DNA of 64,000 nucleotides from Minisyncoccota bacterium (GTDB lineage: Bacteria; Patescibacteriota; Minisyncoccia; Phycocordibacterales; UBA1550), in assembly GCA_023229865.1 (NCBI GenBank), contig JALNYL010000006.1:5597-69596 (forward strand), read 5' to 3'. The position numbers and the translations under genes were made by a program. Each line of letters begins with the position of its first letter. Positions within the stretch are counted from its first letter, which is position 1. Shown one piece after another: positions 49,678-60,340 of this stretch. Below the pieces are notes generated by a model. That model had not been told where the DNA came from, ran no database searches, and saw only the letters and a program-made list of their open reading frames with translations.

Positions 49678-51468
49678 TTATTTCTTTTCTTCCGCGAATA
49701 TTTTCCACACGCTATCAGTGTTGATGTACCATTCGTGAATATTCAAGAAGCGTTCAGCGGGAACAGAAATTGCCCCAAGTGCGAGACCGTGCACACTCTC
49801 AGGAAGTACATACAAGAATTCTGGTGCGTACATAAAGATCGCAGGAGTATCCTTCATCACTTCGCTGCTGAAGTTTTTGTATGCAGTTGCGCGCTTGTCG
49901 TTGTTTGCCTCGGTGCGTGCCTCGTCGAGGATTTTATCAACTTTTGTATTTGCGTATGAGGTGATGTTGAGGCCGGGGTCAAGGCGCTGACTCGAGTGCC
50001 AGAAAGGATATGGATCACTGCCTTGTCCAAGCACTTGCCCAAAGAAGAGCGCTTCAAACTTGCGTGGTCGCACGATAGTTTCCTTGAGGTCGCCCGTTGC
50101 AAATACACGCACCGTGACAGGGATACCGAGTTCTTCCCAGTTTGCTTTGAGCTCCTGCGCGACCGTTTTGAGCTCGGTTGCTTCTGACGTTGCGAGTTCA
50201 AAGTGAAGCGTCTGTGTTTCTTTCTTTACCTTTTTTGTCCAAAGTTTTTGTGTGTCGTCAAACTTCCATCCAGCCTTTTCAAGAAGTGCGCGCGCTGCAG
50301 TGAGTCGCTCAGCGCGATCCTTTTCGTCCGCATTTGCTTCATAACCAACTGCTCCTGGAGGAAGTGGGGAATTGAGAGAGACCCCATATCCAAAGAGAAC
50401 TTTGTCGATGATTGGCTGTTTGTCGGTGGCGAGGGTGAGCGCCTTGCGTACTGATGAGTCAGTAAAAAGTGGCTGCTCGTTTTGATTGAAGAAAACCGCA
50501 AGCACGCGAGGGAGAGGTGTGTGTTCAATGCGGAACCCTTCTTGAGAAAGCTTCTGCGCGTTTTCGGCGGAGATGGAATTGATTGCTTCCACACTGCCGT
50601 CAGCAAGCGCCTGAAGAAGTGATTCTTCGTTGCCAAAGAATACAAACTTCATTGTCTCAATGCGAGGCTTGCCGAGGGCAAAAGATTTGAATGCTTTGAG
50701 TGTGTATGATACAGGGATTTCATCACCGTCTTTTGTCACGGTTTCAATCTTTGAAAATTTGTACGGACCAGAACCGATTGGTTCACGATTGTATTTATTG
50801 GTATCAAAGCGATTGTAGTCGATTGTCTTCCAGATGTGCTCAGGGAGAATACCCATCGTTGTGTTTTCAAGGAATGGACCATAAGGTTTTTTGAGGGTGA
50901 AGCGTACCGTGAGGTCATCGATCTGCTCAACACCCACGCCGTCCCAATTGGCGCGCTTGGGGCTCTTCATGCGACCATCTTGTGCGGTCTTCACCGTGAA
51001 GACTACATCAGACGCGGTGATCTTTTCTCCGTCGTGCCAGACGAGATTTGGTTTTAGGGTAAAGGTATACTCGAGTCCGTTTTTTGAGATCTCATATTTT
51101 TCAGCAAGATCAGGAACAAAACCACTTTCGGCGCTTCCACGCAAAAGTCCTGAATAGATGAGCGCAGTGATATCACGATCTGCTTCGGTGCCCACTTCGC
51201 TTGTGGCAAGAAGAGGATTGATGTGCGCAGGGGTGTTGAGTACTCCCTCAACGAGAGTTCCGCCTATTGTTGGCACTTCTATAGTATACGCACGGCTCAC
51301 GCTGAGGAGCATAACAATCACTGTTCCCACAAGAACCCCCATCGCCGTAAAGAAGATTTGATTCTCGCGGTGTGAAAATGCTTTAACCGCAAGGGCAAAA
51401 CGCCCTTCAAGGGGAAAGGCGAAACGAGAATTCAAATTTTGAGAGAGTTGTGAAAGAAATTGCTTCAC
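49678..51468 (-). CDS. Peptide ABC transporter substrate-binding protein (family 5)
   Basis: PDLAE...WHDG...DVVFT, PIGSGPY. Confidence 0.9.
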   Translation of the reverse strand: MKQFLSQLSQNLNSRFAFPLEGRFALAVKAFSHRENQIFFTAMGVLVGTVIVMLLSVSRAYTIEVPTIGGTLVEGVLNTPAHINPLLATSEVGTEADRDITALIYSGLLRGSAESGFVPDLAEKYEISKNGLEYTFTLKPNLVWHDGEKITASDVVFTVKTAQDGRMKSPKRANWDGVGVEQIDDLTVRFTLKKPYGPFLENTTMGILPEHIWKTIDYNRFDTNKYNREPIGSGPYKFSKIETVTKDGDEIPVSYTLKAFKSFALGKPRIETMKFVFFGNEESLLQALADGSVEAINSISAENAQKLSQEGFRIEHTPLPRVLAVFFNQNEQPLFTDSSVRKALTLATDKQPIIDKVLFGYGVSLNSPLPPGAVGYEANADEKDRAERLTAARALLEKAGWKFDDTQKLWTKKVKKETQTLHFELATSEATELKTVAQELKANWEELGIPVTVRVFATGDLKETIVRPRKFEALFFGQVLGQGSDPYPFWHSSQRLDPGLNITSYANTKVDKILDEARTEANNDKRATAYKNFSSEVMKDTPAIFMYAPEFLYVLPESVHGLALGAISVPAERFLNIHEWYINTDSVWKIFAEEKK

Positions 51469-51537
51469 GAAAAAAAGTTTTTAGAGTTGAAGAATCTCAA
51501 AAGCTACGGACGGCGTATCTTGGGCGCTTAAGAAAAC

Positions 51538-51771
51538 TTACGCGCGGAGAAGAAGCATTGCGAATGCTGAAAGAGCGAACAAAATCGCAACGACAATAGA
51601 GAGGTAGAAAAGCACCTTCTCCATTCCTCGGCGTGTATAACGAATAGAATCGTCACCGCCACCAAACGCACCACCCACGCCTGCTCCAGTCTGCTGGAGG
51701 AGGATTGCTGCGGTGAGAATGATTGAGAGGATAATCTGCATCCAAGGCAGAACCGTAACCAGAAATTCCAT
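51538..51771 (-). CDS. secG: Preprotein translocase SecG
   Basis: ILLQ..GAGVGGAFGG...RRG.EK; two TM segments. Confidence 0.92.
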   Translation of the reverse strand: MEFLVTVLPWMQIILSIILTAAILLQQTGAGVGGAFGGGDDSIRYTRRGMEKVLFYLSIVVAILFALSAFAMLLLRA

Positions 51772-51911
51772 ACTCCGTACTATAGCAGAAAACGAAAAAG
51801 GATGCAAAGGGGAGGGGACAGAATATGGAATATTGAATGTCGAATGAGGGGAAAAGAAAATGGGGGCGCAAGCTTCGCTTGCGCCCCCATACAATATGTA
51901 TAACACCCTCA

Positions 51912-52487
51912 TCAACCTTTTTGCGCCCACTTGTTTTGCTCGTCGGCAGTGGGGGCAATCGTTGGCGCTGTTTGATTGTTTGAGTGAACTTGCTGAACAG
52001 CTTTTGCGAGCGTCTCATCAATCAGATATTTCGGCGGCTCATATCCCTCGATGACTTGCGCCCATTTCTCATGAGACGAACAGCCGGTGAATTCGCAATA
52101 TGTCGAGAAGTGGTTCCCTCTGCGTTGAGTGAGACTGCACTCGCTGCAAATGATTGACCCGCCAAGGAGCCCTGGATCGCGAGCTCGCAAATGTGGCCCG
52201 AGATACCAGTAAAGCAGTTGGATCGTTTCGATAAATGAGCTCAAGAACACATCGTTCATGAAGCTTGGGCAAGGGTCGATAGCATAATTCTGATCCTTGC
52301 GCGACAAGAGGAAATGCTTCTCCTTGTATTCAACTTCGCTTACGCCCTTTTCGCTCAGTTGAGCAACTTCGTTTATTACCCTTGCACGAAGCTTTTCGGG
52401 GAGATTTGCGATTGTCCTACATTCTTCGTTGTTAAAGGTGAGTTCTGAGCCTGCGATGTTGTTCGCAATGATTTTAATCTTCAACAT
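51912..52487 (-). CDS. Hypothetical protein with CxxC...H...C...C possible Zn motif
   Basis: CSEC...NH...C...CSSH. Confidence 0.55.
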   Translation of the reverse strand: MLKIKIIANNIAGSELTFNNEECRTIANLPEKLRARVINEVAQLSEKGVSEVEYKEKHFLLSRKDQNYAIDPCPSFMNDVFLSSFIETIQLLYWYLGPHLRARDPGLLGGSIICSECSLTQRRGNHFSTYCEFTGCSSHEKWAQVIEGYEPPKYLIDETLAKAVQQVHSNNQTAPTIAPTADEQNKWAQKG

Positions 52488-52665
52488 GATACACCCCCGT
52501 TTGGTTGATGTTTTGAGAAAGTACTCCTGTTGCCACTCTACATTATGAATAGAAAAGAGGCAATGTGTGGTAGTTATCCACACAACACCATTACTATTTC
52601 ACAAACACAATGATATACTTACCACATATCAAGTGCACGTAATTTAATAATTCAATAACAACAAC

Positions 52666-53265
52666 ATGGACCAATCAGACACACAGCCCCTTGTTTGCCC
52701 TTCACACACCACCCACTACGCCGCGATGGTCATCCTCGGTATGATCATTGGTGCCACAGCCCTTGGTGCTTACATTAAGTTCGCTCCCGTCGACGAAGCA
52801 AACACCTACCAAGCAGGCTTCGACGCAGCAAAGAAGCTCGTAGAACAAAGCAGCATTGCTCCCATGCTCCAGACGGCAGAAGACATCCGTTCTCTCTCAG
52901 GCTCTGTCACCAGTGTAGAAGGGAACCGCATCACCCTCCATACTGCTTCAATGAACCCATTTGAAGACAAAAATCTCGCTGATCGTATCGTTGTTGTTAC
53001 CGCTGATACCAAGATTCTCAAACTCACCCAAAAGGATCCCAAGACCTTCCAGTCTGAGATGGATGCATTCATAAAGAACACCCAGAAGAACACCACTGTA
53101 GCTATGAACCCCCCAGCTCCTGTAAACCAGACAGAGGGAACCGTAGCAGATATTACCTCAGGTGACTTCTTGAGTATCACTACAGCAGAGAACATTAAGA
53201 CCCTCAAAGAGTTCTCTGCATCAGAGATCAGAATCCAGCCACGCCTAACCGCAGCTATTAATTAA
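52666..53265 (+). CDS. Hypothetical membrane-anchored protein
   Basis: N-terminal TM and beta-rich domain. Confidence 0.7.
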   Translation: MDQSDTQPLVCPSHTTHYAAMVILGMIIGATALGAYIKFAPVDEANTYQAGFDAAKKLVEQSSIAPMLQTAEDIRSLSGSVTSVEGNRITLHTASMNPFEDKNLADRIVVVTADTKILKLTQKDPKTFQSEMDAFIKNTQKNTTVAMNPPAPVNQTEGTVADITSGDFLSITTAENIKTLKEFSASEIRIQPRLTAAIN

Positions 53266-53276
53266 CCATTACCATC

Positions 53277-54344
53277 ATGCTCAAACAAATCCTTTCTGCC
53301 ACCAAGATCGTTTCCCTCGCCATCGTCCTTTCCTTCGGACTTTCTTATGCCCTCGCGTGGACAGCTCCCGCAGCAAACCCACCAGCAGGAAATGTATCTG
53401 CTCCGATTAACGCAAGTAACACCGCACAAGAAAAACTTGGTGGACTCACGGTTGGTTCACTAACAACAGCAGGGGCGGTGACGGCAGGTACTCTCCGTGT
53501 CACCACCGGCGCCGCAGCATCTCGTGTCCTCACTTCAGATGCAAGCGGTAACGCTACTTGGCAGGCAGCAGCAGGAGGCTCTGACAACCTTGGTAACCAC
53601 ACGGCTACTCAGGCACTCAATATGGCCGGGAATAATATTACGAGTGCGGGGGCCATTACAGCTTCTGGGGAAGTAGATGCAACTGGCGGTACGGGAACCG
53701 GTTATAGTACTGCACCTATTGAAGTTCGTACCACATTAACACCTCGTATCTCATTCCATTGGCCTGGCGTAGTTGCTTCACAGCTTGGAATGGACAGCGC
53801 AGGAACTATTAGAACCTATGACAACCCAGGAACAGGATATGCAAACTTTACTGCTGGAACTATCAATGCTACGAACCGCCTGAACGTCTCCGAAGCAGCT
53901 GGCGCATACTCATATATCAGTATGGCCGACGACACCTCAACAGGTGGTCCAAAGTTTGTTCATGCAAACAGCAACGTTATTGGATTTTTGAATGGGGCTG
54001 GTTCGTGGCTCTCCTACTGGAACAATGCTGGGAATCAGGTAAATACAGGAAGTGTGACAGTTGGTGGTGCTGTGGTTGCGGCAGGTACTGTCTATTCAAA
54101 TTCGGTAGCAGTGTGTCAGTCTAACGGAGTGAATTGTCCAGCTGCTGGAAACTATAATAGTTTGCCGTCTGGGGCAGCTGGGGGGAGGTGCTACACAACA
54201 GGCGGTTATCCTCTTTGTACTACTGCAGCACAGGCACCAGCCGCAGGGTGTACTGCCGCCAGTGGCTATACTTGTACGGGGACATATATTTCATCGTGTG
54301 TAGCAGGATGGTCATTGTATAACGGTATGTGCATTAAAAACTAA
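53277..54344 (+). CDS. Exported fibre/adhesin-like surface protein
   Basis: Signal, AWTAP..NPP.GNVSAPIN motif, VLTSDASGNATW, G/A/T-rich shaft, Cys-rich tip. Confidence 0.7.
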   Translation: MLKQILSATKIVSLAIVLSFGLSYALAWTAPAANPPAGNVSAPINASNTAQEKLGGLTVGSLTTAGAVTAGTLRVTTGAAASRVLTSDASGNATWQAAAGGSDNLGNHTATQALNMAGNNITSAGAITASGEVDATGGTGTGYSTAPIEVRTTLTPRISFHWPGVVASQLGMDSAGTIRTYDNPGTGYANFTAGTINATNRLNVSEAAGAYSYISMADDTSTGGPKFVHANSNVIGFLNGAGSWLSYWNNAGNQVNTGSVTVGGAVVAAGTVYSNSVAVCQSNGVNCPAAGNYNSLPSGAAGGRCYTTGGYPLCTTAAQAPAAGCTAASGYTCTGTYISSCVAGWSLYNGMCIKN

Positions 54345-54567
54345 GAGAAGATCCCCTTATCGTTTGTAGTACTGGCTTCGTCCTCGTCGAATGATAAAAA
54401 ACTAAATTAAATCTCAACCCCCGCGATTCGGCTGAATCGCGGGGGTTTCGTTTTGTTAGTTTATGATATACTATCGTAGTAATTATTAATTAAAAAACTA
54501 GTTTTTAATTGGCATGGATTGGTTGATTCCTAAAATCTAAAACCTGTCAGCTAAAACCTATTAAATC

Positions 54568-55152
54568 ATGACACCAACATACATTATTTTAGCGGTTCTC
54601 GCAGTTATTGTTTTGTGGGCCATTACGGCTTACAACGGTTTTGTTCGTCTCGTAAATCGCACCAAGGAAGCGTGGGCAGATATCGACGTTCAGCTCAAGC
54701 GTCGCTATGACCTTATCCCCAATCTCGTGGAAGCGGTCAAGGGTTATGCAACACACGAGCGTGCAACCCTCGAAGAGGTGCTCGAAGCTCGCTCAAAGGC
54801 GACACAGGTTCACATTGATCCTACCAATATTACTCCCGCACAGATCGCTGCGATGTCTGGGGTAGAAGCATCTCTTGGTCAGTCTCTCGGTAAGCTCCTT
54901 GCTGTCGCAGAGGCATACCCAGACCTCAAGGCAAACCAAAACTTCCTCTCACTTCAGGCAGAACTCGCAGACACTGAGAATAAAATTCAGGCAGCGCGTC
55001 GTTTCTATAACGGCAATGTGCGTGACTTGAGTATTGCGATTGAGTCATTCCCGGGGAACCTCATTGCAAAAATGTTTGGCTTCGTTAAGCAGGAATTCTT
55101 TGAGCTTGGCCAGGATTCTGCAGAGCGCGAGCCAGTAGCGGTAAAGTTTTAG
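54568..55152 (+). CDS. lemA: LemA family protein
   Basis: IDVQLKRRYDLIPNLV, EAYPDLKAN, RRFYN. Confidence 0.96.
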   Translation: MTPTYIILAVLAVIVLWAITAYNGFVRLVNRTKEAWADIDVQLKRRYDLIPNLVEAVKGYATHERATLEEVLEARSKATQVHIDPTNITPAQIAAMSGVEASLGQSLGKLLAVAEAYPDLKANQNFLSLQAELADTENKIQAARRFYNGNVRDLSIAIESFPGNLIAKMFGFVKQEFFELGQDSAEREPVAVKF

Positions 55153-55214
55153 TGGAAATTAACGAGCGCAGCGATTATAATTTCCCTAACCCCGTTAAAT
55201 GATTTCAAATTTGT

Positions 55215-55475
55215 ATGAAATTTTACTACGTCTACGTTTTGCGTTCAGACAAAGATAAAAAGTTCTACGTTGGTTATACAGAAAATTTGAAATCACGATT
55301 TGAGCAACATCAAAAAGGACAAGTAGAGTCTACAAAAGACCGCCGTCCACTGAAAGTTGTTTACTCAGAAGCGTGTCTTGATAAACATGATGCTATGCAT
55401 CGCGAGAAATACCTAAAAACAACTTGGGGTAATCGGTTTATTCAAAACAGGCTCAAATCGTATTTAACAGGGTGA
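55215..55475 (+). CDS. Stand-alone GIY-YIG nuclease flanked by inverted repeats
   Basis: YYVYVL...YVGYT..L..R...H...E...A..RE; inverted repeats at 55189-55205 and 55455-55473. Confidence 0.9.
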   Translation: MKFYYVYVLRSDKDKKFYVGYTENLKSRFEQHQKGQVESTKDRRPLKVVYSEACLDKHDAMHREKYLKTTWGNRFIQNRLKSYLTG

Positions 55476-55512
55476 TGGTTTTTATAGTCGTTACTCTCCT
55501 TAAAAATCAATC

Positions 55513-56418
55513 ATGGTATCACTTTATACACACCAGGCCCAAAACGTACGCAAGACATGGTTCCTCATGACTATGTTTTTCGTTGTGGTTATTGGTATTG
55601 CGTGGGCGTTTAGTTATATTCTTCAAAATCCAGCGATACTCTATATTGGTGTCATCTTTAGTATTGGAATGAACATTTGGAGCTATTGGTATTCAGATAC
55701 GTTGGTTATCAAAATGTCAGGAGCCGTGCCCATCACGCGTGAACAATATTTTGATCTCTGGAATGCGGTTGAAAATCTCTCTATTACGGCAGGGCTCCCC
55801 ATGCCCAAGGTGTACATCATCAACGATGCTTCGCCCAACGCTTTTGCAACAGGGCGCGACAAGGATCATGCTGCTGTGGCGGTGACGACAGGGCTCCTCA
55901 GTCTGCTTAATAAAAATGAGCTTGAGGGTGTCATTGCACACGAGCTCTCGCATATCGGCAATCGTGATATTCTCCTCGGTACGGTCGTTGTGGTACTCGT
56001 TGGTTTCATCGCCATTTTGTCGGACATGTTTATGAGGTCAATGTTTTTGGGTGGAGACAATCGCAATCGTGGTGACGGTCGTCTCATGATTATTCTTATG
56101 ATTGTGGGAGTTGTCCTCGCTATCCTCGCGCCTATTATTGCAAAGCTCATTCAGCTCGCCATCTCGCGCAAGCGTGAGTTTCTTGCGGACGCATCGGGAG
56201 CACTCCTTACGCGTTACCCCGAAGGACTCGCCTCCGCGCTCGAAAAGATTTCTGGATATCCACACGGACTTCAAAAGGTAAGCACTGCGACGGCACATCT
56301 CTACATTGCAAATCCGCTCAAGGACGGCAAGGCAGTGTCATTTTTGAGTAAGCTCTTTGCGACACATCCCGCCGCGGAAGATCGCATTGCGGCGCTCCGA
56401 GGAATGGAACGCAATTAG
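55513..56418 (+). CDS. htpX: Zinc metalloprotease HtpX
   Basis: PNAFATG, HELSH, SRKREFLAD, THP. Confidence 0.95.
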   Translation: MVSLYTHQAQNVRKTWFLMTMFFVVVIGIAWAFSYILQNPAILYIGVIFSIGMNIWSYWYSDTLVIKMSGAVPITREQYFDLWNAVENLSITAGLPMPKVYIINDASPNAFATGRDKDHAAVAVTTGLLSLLNKNELEGVIAHELSHIGNRDILLGTVVVVLVGFIAILSDMFMRSMFLGGDNRNRGDGRLMIILMIVGVVLAILAPIIAKLIQLAISRKREFLADASGALLTRYPEGLASALEKISGYPHGLQKVSTATAHLYIANPLKDGKAVSFLSKLFATHPAAEDRIAALRGMERN

Positions 56419-56474
56419 TTCCTCGTGTGGTTATCCGTGGACAAAGTATCCTATATTCTCTACAATACTAATAT

Positions 56475-56855
56475 ATGAACGAAAACAAAAAAATCATTCT
56501 GGTGGTGGAAGACGAAGAGCCTCTTCAACTTGTGCTTCGCGACATCCTTACAACCGAAGGATACAAAGTGTTTGAAGCGAAAAACGGAGTCGAAGGACTT
56601 GAAATTGCGCTCCATGAACACCCACATTTGATTCTCCTTGATATTCTTATGCCAAAGATGGACGGTCTTGAAATGCTCAAGAAACTCCGCGAGGATGCAT
56701 GGGGCAAGACAGCGTCGGTTATCGTACTTACTAATTTGAGTGACAATGAAGATGTGGCAAAGGCGGTAGAGAGTGATGTTTTCGAATACTTTGTAAAATC
56801 TGACATTAAGATTGATGAAGTGATTGCGCGTATCCGCGAGAAGATAGGGAAGTAG
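56475..56855 (+). CDS. Single-domain response regulator
   Basis: VVEDE, LLDILMP, K. Confidence 0.92.
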   Translation: MNENKKIILVVEDEEPLQLVLRDILTTEGYKVFEAKNGVEGLEIALHEHPHLILLDILMPKMDGLEMLKKLREDAWGKTASVIVLTNLSDNEDVAKAVESDVFEYFVKSDIKIDEVIARIREKIGK

Positions 56856-56931
56856 AAGGTGGTGACTAAAAACAGCGCCCGCGATTCGACCGAATCGCGG
56901 GCGCTGTTTTTAATACCCGACACCTGCATCA

Positions 56932-57504
56932 CTACGCCAATTTCTTTCCGAGCAAATATACTTTGTTTAAGAATTTTTTTCTTTGGTCTTCGGTTGAGTC
57001 GATGATTGGTCCGACGTAGGTAACACAACTTGTTTTGATACCGCAGAATCCGAGAACTCTGTCTTTGAGTTGGCGAACACTTGGTGAACCAAATACAAAA
57101 CGGTAAACCAAGAGGGGAGTGTTGAGGGTGAGAATGATGTGCGCAGTCTTGCCTTTCAAAAGTTTTTTCTGGAATGGATTTTTTGGAGTAAATTTGTACG
57201 CAAATCCTGGGGTGAAAATCATATCAACAAAAATCTTGAAGAGGGCAGGGAAGCTCGCCCACCAAACAGGGTGAAAGAAGACGAGGTGGTCTGCCCATGA
57301 AATATCCGCTTGCGCATTTTTAATATCGTCGCCAATCGGCCCTCTTCCGCAACAGCGCAAATAGTTTTCAAGCGCCATGTCGGTGACGTGGATAGTGCGC
57401 ACCTCTGCGCCACTTTCCTGCGCCCCTCGAACGTAGTTCTCGAGAAGTGCACTATTAAAACTATTTTTGTTGGGATGCCCGTTGATTGCCAATATTTTTT
57501 TCAT
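56932..57504 (-). CDS. NAD(P)H-dependent flavodoxin-fold oxidoreductase
   Basis: GHP...SFN, PVWW..FPA..K..VD. Confidence 0.88.
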   Translation of the reverse strand: MKKILAINGHPNKNSFNSALLENYVRGAQESGAEVRTIHVTDMALENYLRCCGRGPIGDDIKNAQADISWADHLVFFHPVWWASFPALFKIFVDMIFTPGFAYKFTPKNPFQKKLLKGKTAHIILTLNTPLLVYRFVFGSPSVRQLKDRVLGFCGIKTSCVTYVGPIIDSTEDQRKKFLNKVYLLGKKLA

Positions 57505-57576
57505 ATGCGTTCTATAATATAGAAGAGTGCGGCTCGGGTCAATGATTTTTGGGCTGCATTTGGTATTATTAGCAGT

Positions 57577-58101
57577 ATGAAATATGTCGCACTTCTCCGA
57601 GGAATAAATGTTGGGGGAAATAATAAAGTTGAGATGTCGAAGCTCAAGAAAGTATTTAAGGATTTGGGTTACGAAAATGTTTTGACTTATATAAACTCAG
57701 GCAATGTTATTTTTGACGCCGATAAAACAGATGTTTCTGTGATTGAACGAGCACTCAAAAAGAATTTCAAATTTGATATCAAGGTAGTTGTACGTGACTT
57801 AAAAAACATCCAGAAGCTTTGTAAGGCAATTCCAAAAGAGTGGGTGAATGACCCTGAGCAAAAAACAGACGTCCTCTTTTTGTGGGAGGAGTACGACAAT
57901 AAGAAATCTTTGGACCTAATCAATATCAACAAAGATGTTGATAACCTACTATACGTCTCTGGTGCTATCGTGTGGAACGTACAAAGAAAAGACTACAAAA
58001 AAAGCGGCATGAACAAATTAATCGGCACGCCAGTGTATAAACATATGACGTCGAGGAATGTAAACACAACGAGGAAGTTGCTGGAGCTGGTGGGGAAGTA
58101 A
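57577..58101 (+). CDS. DUF1697 family protein
   Basis: ALLRGINVGG, TYINSGN, T.RN..T. Confidence 0.88.
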   Translation: MKYVALLRGINVGGNNKVEMSKLKKVFKDLGYENVLTYINSGNVIFDADKTDVSVIERALKKNFKFDIKVVVRDLKNIQKLCKAIPKEWVNDPEQKTDVLFLWEEYDNKKSLDLININKDVDNLLYVSGAIVWNVQRKDYKKSGMNKLIGTPVYKHMTSRNVNTTRKLLELVGK

Positions 58102-58106
58102 TGGGA

Positions 58107-58808
58107 TTAAAAGTAATGGCTCAATAAGTAGTCAATATCATTCTTCTCGTCCCACAACTTTTTCATTCTTGGAAACATTCTTTTGTGCACAGGGTCATAA
58201 GGCTCACTTTTTGTTTTCAATATTTTTTGATAAGGTTTCCATGCTTCAATTACGAGGTTGAATGTTTCGGAAATATTCCATACATATTTTGGATTCTTGC
58301 CTTCGAATTCATCATCTTCGCTTATTCCGTATTTTGTCTTCAAATAATCGAAAAACATGAAATGAAGCATTTCGTGAGATATTGTCTGAACTCCTAGACG
58401 CGAGCTTGTGTGCAGACCGGGGAAATAAAAAATTTTATCCTGCACGTTCCTTGGGTACATGTTGAATACACTCGCATAACCAATATATTTTCCTTTTGGC
58501 CAAGGGTGATTTTTGAAAATAATGTTCACCAAATCAAAATACTTATTTTCTGCCAGTTCCCAGCCTTTTTTTATGCTCTCGGTGTCCTGAGTAATCTTTC
58601 TTTTTTCAGTTTTAAATCTCTCCTTAACGTATTTTGAGACTTCATTCTCCGCTTCTTTTTTGGAGTAATCTTTATTTAAAATATAATGCAACTTAGTTGG
58701 TAGAAACATGTCCAAGAGTTTTGTCCACGAGTACTTTCGAAAAAGGATATAATTTTTTATATCTTGACTAGCACTTATTAGAAGTCTAACTTTTGGGTTT
58801 TTCTTCAT
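58107..58808 (-). CDS. Hypothetical protein with HExxH motif
   Basis: HEMLH...E. True start probably ATG 58808, just after the tRNA. Confidence 0.65.
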   Translation of the reverse strand: MKKNPKVRLLISASQDIKNYILFRKYSWTKLLDMFLPTKLHYILNKDYSKKEAENEVSKYVKERFKTEKRKITQDTESIKKGWELAENKYFDLVNIIFKNHPWPKGKYIGYASVFNMYPRNVQDKIFYFPGLHTSSRLGVQTISHEMLHFMFFDYLKTKYGISEDDEFEGKNPKYVWNISETFNLVIEAWKPYQKILKTKSEPYDPVHKRMFPRMKKLWDEKNDIDYLLSHYF

Positions 58809-58818
58809 AGAATTTTTG

Positions 58819-58905
58819 CGGAGGATGAGGGATTTGAACCCTCGAACGAGTTGCCCCGTTGCCACCTTTCCAAGATGGTGCACTAGACCGCTATGCGAAT
58901 CCTCC
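58819..58905 (-). tRNA. tRNA-Ser(GGA)
   Basis: Minus-strand cloverleaf with long variable arm; anticodon loop TTGGAAA. Confidence 0.93.
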
Positions 58906-59001
58906 CGGTACGCATGTAACTGTAACAAAAAGGGGAATAAACAGCAAAATAGGTGGGGGAGGGTTGCAAAAAACGCGCCAATCTGGTAATCTTTGCCCAT
59001 T

Positions 59002-59211
59002 ATGAAGAAAGACATCCACCCAGCATATCATCAGGAATCGGCAGTTACTTGCTCTTGTGGCGAGAAATTCACCGTTGGCTCAACAATGCCAAAGATTGAC
59101 GTTGAAATCTGTAGCTCATGTCACCCATTCTTTACGGGAGAGGAAAAGGTTCTCGACCAGGGTGGACGCGTAGAGCGTTTTAAGAAGCGCGCAGCTGCGA
59201 CAAAGAAGTAG
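59002..59211 (+). CDS. rpmE: 50S ribosomal protein L31 (Zn-binding type)
   Basis: MKKDIHP..CSCG...[10 protein letters not shown]. Confidence 0.97.
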   Translation: MKKDIHPAYHQESAVTCSCGEKFTVGSTMPKIDVEICSSCHPFFTGEEKVLDQGGRVERFKKRAAATKK

Positions 59212-59289
59212 CGAAGCAGAGAAACCCACAAGAGTTATTTCTTAGTGGGTTTTTCTTTTGCGTATAGAAATCATGCTAAACTAATCAAT

Positions 59290-60255
59290 ATGGATCCCGA
59301 AACTTTTAAAGCAAATCACAAGACAAAATATCTCGCCGATGAGTACGAGCGTCTTTTGACTGCGGAGACAGAGGTCAAAGAAATGATTGTCGCCGACCCA
59401 GCGTTTGCCGAACTTGGAGCAGAAGAGCAAACAAATCTTCGTACACAAATCGATACGCTCGAAAAGCAGATGACAGAAATCATTGAGAGAGACAAAGAGG
59501 AAGAAGTAAAACCAAAAGAAATTATTCTTGAGGTACGTGCGGGTGCAGGTGGCGAAGAAGCAGCTATTTTTGCGCAGGATCTCGCGATGATGTACGAGCG
59601 CTTTGCTGAGAAAAAAGGATGGGAATTCAAAAAGCTCGATGAACACCAGAGCGAAATGGGTGGTTACAAAGAAGCATCATTTGAAATCAAAAACAAAGAT
59701 GCCTACGAGATGCTCCGTTGGGAGACTGGCGTACATCGCGTGCAGCGCATCCCTGCTACTGAAAAGATGGGACGTGTGCATACTTCAACCGCATCAGTAG
59801 TAGTGCTTCCTATTTACCCTGTGACGAAATACGAAATAAACCCAGCAGATATTGAAATGGAGTTTTGTCGTGCGGGTGGTGCTGGTGGGCAAAACGTGAA
59901 CAAAGTTGAGACCGCCGTCCGCCTCATTCACAAGCCTACGGGTCTCGCGGTACGTTGTTCCAACGAACGCAGTCAACTCAAGAACCGCGAAACGGCGATG
60001 TCGATGCTCATCGCGCGCCTCGAGGATATCGACCGCGCAAAAAAGGAGAGTGATGTGTCCGCAGACCGTAAGGGGCAAATCGGCACCGGCGACCGCTCGG
60101 AGAAGATTCGTACCTACAACATTCTTCAGGACCGCATCACTGACCATCGCATCAAGCAGTCATGGAGCAACATTGAGAAAATTTTTGCCGGCAATATCGA
60201 ACCCATCCTTGAAGCCTGCGCCGCAGGGACAGTGGGAGATGCGGAGGAGGAGTAA
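59290..60255 (+). CDS. prfA: Peptide chain release factor 1
   Basis: PAT specificity motif, GGQ, RTYN. Confidence 0.95.
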   Translation: MDPETFKANHKTKYLADEYERLLTAETEVKEMIVADPAFAELGAEEQTNLRTQIDTLEKQMTEIIERDKEEEVKPKEIILEVRAGAGGEEAAIFAQDLAMMYERFAEKKGWEFKKLDEHQSEMGGYKEASFEIKNKDAYEMLRWETGVHRVQRIPATEKMGRVHTSTASVVVLPIYPVTKYEINPADIEMEFCRAGGAGGQNVNKVETAVRLIHKPTGLAVRCSNERSQLKNRETAMSMLIARLEDIDRAKKESDVSADRKGQIGTGDRSEKIRTYNILQDRITDHRIKQSWSNIEKIFAGNIEPILEACAAGTVGDAEEE

Positions 60256-60340
60256 AAATTTGTAAAAAAAAAACAATAGTGTGCTACAGTGGCAAAACCT
60301 TTGCAATTTTGCATAGGCAACTGTTCTTTTGGAGGTTTAC

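Noticed and set aside
58809-59015. N-terminal extension of ORF 58107..59015
   Set aside because: It runs through tRNA-Ser and overlaps rpmE; the real start is probably 58808.
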